Notes under the pieces: generated by a model
Told to the model about the DNA's origin: nothing
Databases searched by the model: none
What the model saw: the letters and a program-made list of their open reading frames with translations, nothing else
Position numbers and translations under genes: made by a program
In this document: positions 1 to 12,256 of the stretch, piece after piece
How positions within the stretch are numbered: the stretch's first letter is position 1
Layout: each line of letters opens with the position of its first letter
DNA from: Podarcis tiliguerta
Lineage: Eukaryota
Length of the DNA: 64,000 nt
Assembly: GCA_965153285.1 (NCBI GenBank)
Contig: OZ229110.1
Strand: one strand, 5' to 3'

Positions 1-1214
1 CATTTGTTTCTGCTGACATCAAAAGGAACAAAGAAGAGATGTTCATAGACCATAATTCCACATTCATATTATGCGGATACAGAGTTTGCTACTCCCAGGA
101 TGACAGGAGGCACAGGAGAAAAGGACTCCTTTTAATAGTTTTGTAGAAAACTTTTTTTTTGCAACTACAGCTTGTCAAGCAGCAGTAAGATATTCTGCAC
201 CTGCTGAAATCCCCAGTGCAGCTGATATTTCTTTCCCTTTCTTTGCATCTGGTCAGTCCAGAAACAGGATGAATAATTCACCCTTCCCGAGGACCAAAAA
301 ATGGCTACAAACTTCCTGAGATCAAGGAGCAGGTTTTCATCTACGTTTGAACTGTGTGCCATCTGAATCCAAGGTAATGGACAGAACCTTTAAAATTGTA
401 CAGATTTTAACCAAATGTGTATAGTCAAAGTATAATGTATGAGAGGGATCACTTCTGGTGGTGTAGCCACTCTGAGAAACTGGTTTTTGCAGGTTTAAAA
501 AGCCAGGAGTTTGTTCCAGCAAGGAGCAACAATAGTCAGACAAAAGAAAAATGCATGGGAAGTACGGTATGCAAAGCTATTTGTTTGCTATTCATTTGGA
601 CGTCTCTTAAGAGTGTGTAATCAAATTTTGCATTGTGGTTCCTGAGCAGGTTTTCATCCATGTTTGGATATAGTTGGGTGCCATTTTGAATCAAGATGGA
701 GGACAGAAGCTTCCTAAACTGCACTGTTGTTGTTTTTTAAATTTCTTAGAATTCCCAAGCAACACTGAGGATGAAGCTGCTAGTGCCATTTGCACCATTT
801 ATAGAGTTTGCAAGCATATATTAGCCTATTTAAGGGATACAGCTGTGGCACCCTTTCTTAACTGAGCAGCCATTCATTCATCTGGGAACAGGGAGTAGAG
901 TTTTCCTTGCACTGGCTGTAACCTCTGATGGTCAGGATTTGACCCAGAAGAATCAAGGCCATGATCTCACACCTCATGCCAATTTCTCCAAGAGTCCACT
1001 CATTAGTAAGCTGTAGCTAATCACAGCCCCCTGCTCTGCAAAGATGTTTGTCATATTCGCACTTTACATTTTTAGGTGTACAACTTTAACATCTTGCCTA
1101 TGCACTTAACTCTATAGTGTGTGAAGTGGCCCATCAAGGAATCTGCACTGTGCTTTAAGCAAGGCTTCTGCTGTGACTGCAGCCTGGATAAGAAAAAAGT
1201 AATAACAAATGGAA

Positions 1215-3521
1215 ATTATGAAAAAAAATTACTTTTTTTAATGTACAAAAACATTTATATACAGTTACAGCATGTGACTGCAATCCTTATGATGTAGAAA
1301 ACAGCTAAAAAGGTCCTGAAGGTATAAAGACAGAACAATTCAGCTACAGTACTCTTATTAATATACAGAATATATATACAAAGCCAGTATTGTTGTTATA
1401 ATACTATTACAGTAAAGGCAGGAAGACCACTTTGTAAAGCTGAAGAAAGCAATGAGTAAGTGGGTGACTCCCCCACCCCCATGTATCCATGGAAGATGGC
1501 AGCTTGCCACCAGGCAAAGTTCTGATCCATTAATTCAAGGGGCATCCAGAATGGACTCGGCCCACTAACACTCTTGATTATTGTAATTCCACGAAAAGTT
1601 CAGTGATCATGATTCACACAACCAAGCCATTCTGCAACCCTTTTATAATTATCCCTTGAAGGTCATGCCCTGTGGGGAGGCTCACCAGTCTTGACTAGGC
1701 CAACAGGTTACACTGCAGTTTGAAATAAAGGATGAACATCAAATTCACTTGATCGAAGTTCATTCACAATTTTTGATTACATTCTGGTTTCACAGTTAGA
1801 TAGGCAATGACAGAACACATGATACTGCAAAACCCAGTAAATCCTGTGGATTTTATTCTCTGCCTTCCCCCCAAGGTCTTGTATTTAGCCTTTGTGAATG
1901 AGAAAATAATAAAGAATGCAATTTTGAAATCTTTCACGAATTTCAGTGGGACTTCATGCCTAATTCTCATCTTAATTTTTTTGATGTGATTAATGTCACG
2001 ACCAAAGTGATCTTTTCCTGACATTTTGGCATGCTGATTCTGCTCCTGTATGATTAGATTTAGCATTTAGGATGTATGGGAGTTCCACTATAATAAGGGG
2101 GAAGGGTAACCAATGCAAAACTGATGTGAAAATCTACCCCTTGAAAGCTCTGCCATGCCAAAAATTTGTAAGGAGAACTGTGCTCCTTTTCAGTGGCACC
2201 ATATACCAGACATGGAGAGACTAGTGAATGGAGGGCAAACACCTTCTGCCTGTAACATAATCAAAAAGTACCCCAAAGTGATAAATGTGGCTCTGATGCG
2301 GCCATCCCCTTTGTGCTTTCAATTTCAATGTTTAGAAAGTGATTCGCAGTCTTTAATAACCATTTTGTGTTATGCATGGCAGGGAACTTTATCCTACTAG
2401 TGTAGAAATGATTTTAAATTAGTGGCATTTTCAAACCTCCACTAAATTCTCTGTGATATAAACCAACTTGTAAAAATTACCCTCTGATTAAAAAACAAAC
2501 AATTCCACACAGGGCATCCATCTTTCACATCTCCTCCCCATCAATGTGTCCCTCTCAAATGTCTTATTATATAGACTGTAGTGCCTTACGTTAATGCATC
2601 TTTATTTTATATATGCTTTAAGATACACTTTAGTTGACGTTAATGGACAAGAGATGCCTTGACGACTCAGCAACTAATGCACAGTAAGGCACTTTGCTGC
2701 AAAACTGTTCAGGAGCTGATGCTTCTTGGCTAAGCTGCAAGCTGCAAAGAGCTATATTGGCTGCATAAACAATGCTGTGTATGTGTGCATTCACACACGC
2801 ATGTGTGTGCATGCCTGCACCATCTGGTCACAAAGCAAAGCGTTAAGCATACACAGTATGGCTTTTGGGTTTGGGTCAAAACTGCACCCATCCATTTGTG
2901 ACTGAAGTGGGCAAGAAACTGCATTTTTGCAGTGATAATTAAGGGGAAACCAAAAGGAGATGGCAAAACAGGTGCAGTTTCAAAGCAGAGCTTCATATGA
3001 AACAATGCTTTTCAGTATTTTTGCCCATAGCTCTCTAGTGTTCCACATCTGGACAAGTCCCATCTTTTTTTCTGTAGCTGAAGGGTTGAGAAACTACTGA
3101 AGCAATCCTAATAGACTCAGAAGTAAGCTGAGCTGAGTGTGGCTTGCTACATTGGATTGCAACCTATGAGACTTTCAGCCTATGGCAAGGGAAAATAGTA
3201 GAAGTGATGGTCAGATTTTTTTAAAAATGATGCCAAATGTGCCATTGTTATACAAAGATGGATACTTTAGAGAAATGTTTTTGAAAAACAAGCACAAAAA
3301 TAATGCAAGAGGTGCACCCTTTCAGTACTTCTTTTATGAGGTTTATACATGTTTGTACAAAGACGTTTTCCCTGTGTTTGGAATCCCTTTAATGTATTCA
3401 ATACATGTAAAAAAAAAGGTCTACTCTATGGAAACCTGTTTTTTAATTTTTTTAAAAAAGAATCATAAAATTGCTTAGCATGTAATCTCTTGGATACTTC
3501 TAGACAGTTATGCTTTAAGCG
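1215..3521 (-). other. GLI2: GLI2 3' UTR (distal end approximate)
   Basis: Follows the TAA stop at 3524-3522. AU-rich, and ends at an ATTAAA with upstream UGUA motifs and a downstream U-rich tract. End point is inferred. Confidence 0.6.
1237..1242 (-). promoter_or_regulatory. Candidate distal polyadenylation signal (ATTAAA)
   Basis: Minus strand reads ctgtaactgtatataaatgtttttgtacATTAAAaaaagtaatttttttt: several UGUA (CFIm) motifs upstream, U-rich sequence downstream. Confidence 0.55.
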
Positions 3522-5893
3522 TTAAGACATCATGTTCAGAAATTTACTTTCTTCTGCTAGGGTTGTCAACATAGAGCTCATGTCCCCTATTGCCATATTA
3601 CTAATTCCAGCTGGTATGGATGGCAGTGTCAGAGAGTTTCGGGGAGTTGTAAGGCGGGAAGAGTTCTGGGAGAGATTCTGTAGGATGCTAGGGCTCAGGG
3701 TCCCTGACATCAGACTTGAATGGTCCCCATCGTCCATGATGGCATCAAAATCTATCTGAGGAGGCTCCAGAACCTGTGAGTCCACAGTGCTTGATACTTG
3801 ATTAGCCCCAGGAGATGGCATTGTGGCTGGCTTGATGTTCAGTGCACACTGCTGTTGTCTTACACTACAGTCTGCATGGGTATTAAAATTCCCATTTTGT
3901 TCATACATGTGTATTTGGCCATAATAGTGCATCAAATGGTTTCCCCCCATGCTGTTATTGTATTGCTGTGGCTGCGATGATGCTACACCAGTTGTTCTCT
4001 TGGGGGTGAACTCTACCCTTTCCTGCCCTTGGCTCACATCATTGGCTGGGTGAGATATTCTCATGTAGCCCAAGTGCTGCATAGCACACGTCCCTCGGTG
4101 CCTGTTTGCTGGACTGGGATTAGGTGGAGGATGAGGCTGAACTAGACCAGAAGGGAAGCTCTGTGCAACGGTACCTATCATATCCTGTTGTGGCTCAAAG
4201 TCTTGCTGACTGGAGGTCATTAATGCAGAAGGTTGATGGAAGACCTCCTGTGTCATGGGGAAGTTCATGTGATTTGGCTGAGAAGACGAAAAGCCCTGCT
4301 GATGTCCTGGCTCCTGTGTGACCTGGCTGTGCATTATGCATTCTCTGCTACTGTCAACCATTGAAGTGGGATCAGCCATAATATCTATCTGCTGAGGATG
4401 AGCATGGGATGCAGGCTTCAATATCATGTTGTTACAGGGAGGAGAAAGCTGGTTGAGGTCACCCCCCATTGTGTTTGGGCTCAGCATTTGATGAACCTGA
4501 TGGTACGCTTCATGGGAGTTCAAATCTGGATTGTTACTGGGTCCCGGATTCACCTGTTGCTGCCTTAAGTGCATGCAGTTTAACCTTTGTCCATCTATGC
4601 TTGTGTTTTTCTGCACAAACTGTTGCAGGTTTCCATTCATGTTGTTTTGACCCACCTGCATCTGCTGATGGCTAAAGTTCTGATACTGGCCAAAATTGTG
4701 CTTTTGATGAACCACAGCTAAGTTACGTGGAGGAAACTGCTGCTTTGCTTGAGCAGAGGATGCGTCCACCGTACCTGAGCTGACTTCATTCCACTGGACA
4801 GGCATGTTGTTCTTGCTCAAGTCAGAATCTGCTCCGAAGTTCATGTGACACTCACTCATCACTGGAGCTGCATGATTCATACCCACATCTGGAGCAGCCA
4901 CTCTGCTGAGTTGGCTTCCCAGGTTGCTCTGTTGCATTTTTGCATTCACTTGGAAGTTCTGCATTTCATTGCCATAGCCTGTGGAAGAGTTGTCTGCGGC
5001 CATGACACCATTTTGCGATTTGATGTATTGCACTACGTCATCAGGTAGCACAATGTCATCATCTCCCACAGAGCCATCGGCCTCGCCAGACATCGCTTCC
5101 ATGGCAATGTTCTCGGTGATACTCGGAGGCCGTGGGGAATAGATGTGCCTGGCGAGGCTTCCGTCGGAACGTGCAAAGTTTGGAAGGCCGAAGTTCCTTC
5201 TGTCTGCAGGAGGGTGGAGTGGGTTCATACTGTTGGTGCTGTTGAAACGTTGGACTCTAGGGAGGGAAACAGGCTCTCCAGCAGGTCTCCTCACCGGATC
5301 ACTTGCGCGTCTTGCATTGTTGCCAGGCCCATCGTGAGCAAATCCCAGGGACGCACCATACCCATAAGCGTTGCTGTCGCTGCAACGCCGTGGCCCAGGA
5401 GGAAGGCGAAAAGAAGGCAGAGCAGGCTCTGGCCCATCCAGAAGGGAAATTTTATTCCTCAGGGTCATCCTTTCCATGTTAGGCAGGGGGGTGGGTGGAG
5501 GGCCCCCTGTGGCAGCAGCGTACTTGGCTTTCAGCCTGTAGTGCTGCACCGGTGTGAGGTTCAGAAGACCTGGGATTCCGCTGCACTGGCTGGCGTCGCT
5601 CGATCTGCGAGAGGCATCCGTGGAAATGGGGTCGTAGGAGTCAGCAGAGCTTGTGTTGTTTGGCCGGGTTCCAAACTGTGACGCTTCGCTGGAACGGCGG
5701 CTGGAGAAGTAAGGGGATATCCCTGATGACCTGCGGCTGACGCTGTAGGCAGAGCTGATGGTGCTGGTTGAGCTGTCGCGACGTTCTGCTAGTTGGTTCA
5801 GCATTGTGACCTCGTTGATGGACAGGTCTGTTATCCTTGGGTTAGGCAGCGCTGCAGAAGAACCACCACCACCCATGTTGTCCAGTAGACAGC
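3522..5893 (-). CDS. GLI2: GLI2 last coding exon (human exon 14 equivalent): PKA phosphorylation cluster and C-terminal transactivation domain
   Basis: Acceptor ctctccaccag|GC TGT CTA CTG GAC AAC ATG, phase 1 matching the previous exon. The 784-aa ORF has RRDS/RRSS/RRSS/RRSS/RRCS/RRAS sites, SYDPISTDASRRSS, PVQWNEVSSG and ends DMSSMLTTLAEESKFLNMMS*, typical of GLI2. Confidence 0.97.
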
Positions 5894-7040
5894 CTGGTGG
5901 AGAGTGGTAGAGAAAAGAGGCTTGTTATTCAGTGATCATAGTGGAGAGGGCAACTTGGTTGCTAGTACTTCGTTACTTGAACTCATCTTACCTCCCCGTT
6001 TCCCCATATTACCAAGCATCTACCACGTGCAACATATTCAGGCTGTTATCAGGGTTGCTTACCATGTGCTGGGGACAGCAAATAGTATTGAAAACATGTG
6101 AAGATGGTGTGACAGAGCCACTGTTGCCCATTGCTGTACACACACATATCCTTTGCTTGGCTTCCAAGTTTGGTCAAACAGGTTTTGCAGGTTTTTGAAG
6201 TGCTAGCAAATAGGTTTGATCTGTGATAATGCACATAGGATGACTCTGTCATATCAGCTTAGCTCTAGGAAAGGGGGTGGGGAGAGAAACAACATTCTCT
6301 CCCCAGCAAAAGGAAATGTAGATTGCAAAGGAGAACAGGGAGCTGGGCATCAAAAAGCAATACAGTGACTGTTGCAGTCACACATTAAATTACCACCGAA
6401 ACAGCTATGAGAGAATGTCTTAGGGCTATACTGTGTCAGAATGAAAAATATGATGGGCACAGCTTCCTTTAAACAAGTACCATCAATCAGCTATGAAGAA
6501 TGATTTCAAAGATTTACAAAGAGGAGTCACTTCCTACCCAGAGATGATTATAATGCAGTGCTATTCAACTGGACCTCCCACGTCCAGTCTTTCCTATTGA
6601 CTTAGCATACTCCTGGGACTCCACACTTACCGAGTTTGTAAATATACGCCACAAAAATGTAACAATGCCATTTTCATGGTGAAAGAAACAGTTCCTCATA
6701 GATCATTTAGATTTCCCCTCTGAGCCCAGGGTACTCTAGGAGAAAAAACTGAGCGCAAGAGGAAGGAAATTTGCCTGGGAAGGCAAGAGCCTTCTTTTAG
6801 TACGGCAGTGTCAGGTTCAGCAGCAGTTTCTCAGGGAGCCAAGGAAGTGCATACAACCACCTTGCAATATAATATCTGAGTTGGAGAGTTCCACAAACTA
6901 ATGAAAGTCTGTTTGCATATTCTATGTTTGGGTTTGGATCCCAGCTCAACCCTTGTATTTGTTTTAAAGTGGGGAAGGAAGGAAGTGCAGGGGATTATAA
7001 TGGCAGGCCCCTGAAACACTAGCAAGGTAAGCTGTGACAT

Positions 7041-7180
7041 CATAGAACTGTAGAGTTGGAAGGGACCCTAAGGATCATCTAATCCAACCCCTTGCAATGC
7101 AGGAATATGCAGCTGTCCCATACAGGGATTGAACCTGCAACTTGGCATTATCATCACCATGCTTTAACCAACTCAGCTGA
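7041..7180 (-). mobile_element. tRNA(Ile)-like-head SINE with CR1-type tail
   Basis: Minus strand: agctgagttggttaaagcatggtg...ttgcaggttcaatccctg (A/B boxes), then ggattagatgatccttagggtcccttccaactctacagttctatg, a CR1 3' terminus. Confidence 0.75.
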
Positions 7181-7222
7181 GTTAATGCTTAAGGACAGAT
7201 CTCAAACAGTGGCCAGACTTAC

Positions 7223-7559
7223 CATTGCCTGGGATGGGAGGCAGCTTGGTATTTCTGACTTGTGGGGCCGGATTCACCCACGAGCAAGAATCCTTCACTG
7301 TCCTGAGTTTCTCTTTCTTGAGCTGCTCAAGGCGTTGCATGGTTGTCATTTGTTTCCTCAGCTGCAGACTGACGGTTGAATTGCCAGATGAGACCGTCGA
7401 GTCTACAACAGGAGTGCCATCCTCCAACGCGGTCAGGTCCCCCAGACTTCCCCCACTGTGCATGTTCATTTCGACTCCACTGTCATTGTTGTTGGTGCTC
7501 CCAAGTGGTGATGGTTCACTGCTGCATGAGGATTGGCCACCAGGACTGGACTGATACAT
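7223..7559 (-). CDS. GLI2: GLI2 coding exon (exon 13 equiv.), contains the DSGVEM beta-TrCP-type degron
   Basis: ttttctctaag|ATGTATCAG ... GGCAATG|gtaagt; 337 nt; MYQSSPGGQSSCSSEPSPLGSTNNNDSGVEMN...KLPPIPGN. Confidence 0.95.
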
Positions 7560-10557
7560 CTTAGAGAAAACAAAGAAAGAGGAGGAGGTTTGCATCAATG
7601 TGATGGTTCTTCCCCAGTAGCAGCTTTGCTTTGCTAACATCTATTACGGCTTCACCGAATTTTCTCATTTCACAGTTCACATCCACAAAACTAGCAGGAT
7701 CAAGGCAAGGCAAGCAAATTACTAGAAAAAAATGCATAAGCTTGCTGAAAACTTCCATTGTTCCACCACCCTTTCCTTCCTGTGGTTGCTCCTCCTTCTC
7801 TGCACCATTGTAGCATTCTCTTCCTCTTCACCCCTGCCTTCTGCCATATTCTGCCCACATCGTTACTCCGATTAGCCATGGTGACCAGCATGGTTTTGTT
7901 TAGAGGTGTCCATGACATCATCGCATCAGATGTGATCTTGCAATGTTGCTGGCAAAAACCACAAGTGTTAACAAAACCTATTTAAAAATATTTATATGGT
8001 GCTTTTGGGGGGCAGAACCCATTATCTGATGATAATGATAATAGTGAATCAATATTACAGGAAGAAACATAAAAGACCTTCATAACCTTCATAATGTAAT
8101 ATTCCAGTCTCCCTCCAGTGAGACAAAATTACTCAAATACGAATAAGAAAAATAGCGTTGAAATGAATAGCACCAAAAAGTACTTAAAAATAAGAGGCAC
8201 TTCGGGCGATTTATGAAAACAAACCTTTTAAAAGGCAAACTTGTACAACTTAACCCTGCATTTATTTTATTTTTTAAAGAGCATAATTTCATTGTGAAAA
8301 TTTGTTTTATTTTTGTTGTTGCTCAGGCTGAATGAATTGGGACTGGTTATTTTAGCTGGGTAACCTGTTTTCACCACTTGGCCTATACAAAGGGCTTTGT
8401 GGATTGGCATATACTTAAAATGTGTATTATTCATTACAGTATCTTTTGTACTGTATTTATTTATACAACTAGTACTACAAAACAGGATACTCATGATAAT
8501 GTTTAACTTAGCAATCATCAGTTTTGAAACAGTTGTAGAACTTTTTAGTGTCTATCTTGCATCACTGGAATTTTGTACATTAAAAGAATTAAAAGCCATA
8601 CCAAGCAGTCACCCCAGCCCCAGGCTTCAATCAAACTTAACTAAGCCAGGTCTGTTTTCTGTGTAAACAAATCCTCATTAGGTGATAAAGCCAATGTGTT
8701 CATTATTGCCCACAAGTGTGATGGCAATGTAGTGTGGACACAGGTTTTCCATAAGATAAGTGATTAAGCTAATTTTTATGCCTTTTTCAAGCTCGGGTAC
8801 GTAAACATCAGGGAGCTAAAAGCCCTGAGGGTGGATTTTCTTTTCTGTTAACTTGGAAGAACTGTATGTGCTCATTCAAGAAACTTAAGCTCTTGATGCT
8901 TTTCTGAGATAAACCTGGAACATTAGAAGATCTTCCCCGCTCCACAAACTCTATAGTGTGCCTGTTTGTCTGCAGCAGAATCAAGCCCAAAAAGCTTCAG
9001 GCACAGTGCACGACTCGTGGTTCAAAGGACCCTTACATGCTTGTCCGACAGTCTTTATAGACAGATAAGGGCATGATTTGCAGGCTTAGGTTTGGTAAAT
9101 GTTTTTTTTATTAGGAGGTATATTTCACATTAAGTAATTTATTTGCAATAAAGGTTAAATGTTTTCTGCTGGCTCAAAGGAAAGGCTCTTTGCTGTCCAG
9201 GCTATGGAATGATGATTTACGATTGCTGATCCTAGATGGCTGTAGAGCTGGAATGCCAGATGACACTTGGTTTAAAGGTTTCCTTCTTTTTCACAACATC
9301 TCAGTTCTACAAAATACAGCAGGGTGAGTGGGTGGACAGTTCTTTCCATTGCCCACCTAAGAACAATAGATTTGCTGTGAAAAGAGAAGGTCACAGGGCT
9401 CCATAGAGCCCCACATTTACTAGAGAAGTGGTGAGATGCCAACCAGGAGATGTTGGCAATGCCATCTGTAGCAAAGTAAACTCTGAAACAGGCACAACAG
9501 CATAGGACTGTCATCATGCATGAAATCTATGACCTGTAATGCCCCAGCAGTACACTAGAACAGCTATGTTTGCAACACAGGCTAATGGTGTGACACAAGT
9601 CTTATTTAATAATTGCTGCCACTGCTTGGAATATTAAACGGATCTGCTTTGCCTTGTGCCTGGATAAATTTGGCTCCAGCCTGTGCTTTATCCTAACCCT
9701 GCCCCCTCAATTGAAAGTAAGCCATAAAAAGGAGTAATTAGTGAAATGCCAGTATGGAAAGGATGAAGTAGAAAGAAATATGGACCATGGCTATTTCACC
9801 TACACATTCTACTTTGGCACCTGGACAGATATGCACATTTTATGTCTTTTGTACAGAGACTATGACAAAGACAGTGTATTTGCTCACCTTAGTACCGACT
9901 GTCCTTGTGAAGTAGAGTAGAGAAAGTTAAGAGAGGAGAAAGAACAGGTTGTTAGAACACAGACAGCACAAAAGGAAAGGGCCAAGGGTACGGATGGAGC
10001 AATGGAGAGAACCAAAAAATAATGGCAGGTAAGCAACATCCACAACACAGGTAAATGAACGTTTGGCCTCTTAAAATACAATACGTAGACATAGTTAATT
10101 ATTATTTCTATTGCATCATCAGTGTGCACAGCACTTTACAGAGTGCAAGAGGTCATATCACAAAGATGTTTTGGGCATGGTATATTTTGCTTGAATGCAA
10201 GGTATTGAGAGTGCCGTCTATTAAGAGCAAGCTCTGATTTACGAAAAAAGGAAGTGTAGGCAAATCTTGAATGAATTCTGTTGTCAAAAGTTAAAACCCA
10301 GCTGGAGAGAGAGTGTGAGAGAATGCTTTTCAAAATGCTTACAGCAGTTAATGCCTTCATTAACATTGCAACATTGCTGCAACCCTTTGGAATATTTCAC
10401 ATAGAGAAGAAAATATGCATAGGACCGTAGGTGGGCCTTAGTGAAATCTGAGCTGGGAGATTTGAAAAGGTGGTGGTAGGGAAAATTGGGCAACTTCATT
10501 TGCCACTTGGCACATTAAATGACATCACCAGCAATTCAAAGCAAGTGCATCTCTTAC

Positions 10558-10839
10558 CACAGAGTTCTCCGTCTTTATTGTTTTGACTTGTAAGCAGTCC
10601 TCCATGCCTCTGGTGGTGCTGTTTGCCTCAGCCCGCTCATCTGAAGCCTTTCCGCTCTGCTTGGCACTTGCTTCATTGTCGCTATTTTCCTTCAGTGCAG
10701 GTGGTCTCAGGTGAACGTCATTGCGTTGTTTCTTGGTGACATGGGCCTCTGGCCCGTGCACAGTCTTCACGTGTTTCCTGAGGGAACTGGGGTCTGTGTA
10801 TCTCTTTGTGCAGCCCGGAATTTTACAGACGTAGGGTTT
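10558..10839 (-). CDS. GLI2: GLI2 coding exon (exon 12 equiv.), zinc finger 5 and NLS region
   Basis: cccattggcag|AAACCCTAC ... TCTGTG|gtaaga; 282 nt; [39 protein letters not shown]...ENSV. Confidence 0.97.
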
Positions 10840-11322
10840 CTGCCAATGGGAACACATCTAAAGTTAGACACCTGAAGCAGACAGAAATATACGAGACACA
10901 GTTCAATGACAATTTTGCTTGAATGTGAATTTGGTGTGAATTTGGAGCGGACATGGGAGCGGCTTGAATGTGCCATTTCTCAATAGGCAGTGATTTTTGC
11001 AAGCACTGATCCAACATACAGCAGAATCTGTGACAGCTGTGTGCATATCTCCCTCTGACAGACTAGTTTCATTGGTTTGGGCTTAGTCATGGTTAAAGCA
11101 GGCCACCAAAATCAATAATGAACTCAGTTGTGAGTGACCAACTTAAGTTCCATTAATTTCACTGGGGCTAGTTTTAGCGTTACTTAGTCTGGGTCTGAAA
11201 AAAACCATTGAAAAAATCAACTGAAATGCAGTTGTGCCAAAAAACTTTTCTCATACCCCAGATGTAGTGTCTTTCTCTGAGTTGCTTAGGACTGATATGT
11301 CCTGGGCTGCTGGTAAGGAAGG

Positions 11323-11346
11323 GTGTGTGTGTGTGTGTGTGTGTGT
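11323..11346. repeat. (GT)12 microsatellite
   Basis: Direct reading. Confidence 0.95.
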
Positions 11347-12074
11347 ACAGATGGATAGATGAAATTGTCCTGGGGTGCCAACCCAAAATATTCTAACACC
11401 TTGCCTAATAGTATTTTGCTTGATTTGCATTTGTTCCAGTTGCCGCAGGAATGTTAACAAGGATTAGCATGGGATATGGCTGAGATGTACAGGGAATCTC
11501 TTCAAGGAAACCTTTCTGCTGAAATATGGTAGCCTGGGAGGCCAGCAGGAGGGAAAGAGGAACCCTATTTTACAGAGAGCCAGAGAGACAAGCCAGACTG
11601 GATTTACAAGCCATCAGATCTCCCTCACATCTCCATCACCTGTCAGGAGGGTAAGCTGTTATTGCTGCATGGTGGAATCCACAGACGTGCAGTGCTTTTG
11701 AAGAGGATAATGCTGTAACTATTGGAGCTATGAGTCACCGATAACCACAACACAAACAAAGTTAAGGACTGCACAGCTGGAAAGAGAAGTAAGAAAACAG
11801 GAAGGTATCCTGCCCCTCACCTCCCTGCCAGCAATTTATCCATTCCCAAATCCAGAGTGCGTTTGCACAAATGCGGTTAGAGCAGGATAGCCCCTGAGAT
11901 ACTGTTTCTGAAGGGCTGAATTCATATTTTAAAATGCCATTTCAGGCTAACTAGCTGCTTAAAGTACTTTTCCACTGGGACCTTGGAAGCGGTCCACCCA
12001 AAGAATAAGCAGGTATACATTCTTCCAATTTTAGCAAGAAGTGAACATTTACTTTTTCCTATGTATCTCTTTGC

Positions 12075-12256
12075 CTGGTAGACGCAGAGCATTGTGCTTT
12101 GCATTCAGAAGGTCCCAGGTTAAATCCTCACCATCTCCAGGTAGAACTGGGAATGTCCCCTGCCTGAAATCCTGGACAGGTGCTGCCAGTCAGTGTAGAC
12201 AATACTGAGACGGGTGAGTGGTCTGATTCTGTATAAAGCAGCTTACTATGTTTTTC
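12075..12256 (+). mobile_element. tRNA-derived squamate SINE (Squam3-like), 5' degraded
   Basis: gagcattgtgctttgcattcagaaggtcccaggttaaatcc...ctgccagtcagtgtagacaatactgag...gcagcttactatg. Related copies at 37826 and 42230. Family name from recall. Confidence 0.75.

Noticed and set aside
3532-5681. Plus-strand ORFs overlapping the last exon (e.g. 5145-5681, 178 aa)
   Set aside because: Antisense shadows of GC-rich GLI2 coding sequence with no recognisable domain.
3522-5876. 784-aa ORF as a standalone single-exon gene, or as GLI3/GLI1
   Set aside because: It is preceded by an in-phase splice acceptor at 5893, and residues across the exons ([37 protein letters not shown]) fit GLI2.
7100-7180. 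tRNA genes (also near 36460-36519 and 42230-42290)
   Set aside because: Degenerate A/B boxes continue straight into SINE bodies and do not form an intact cloverleaf.
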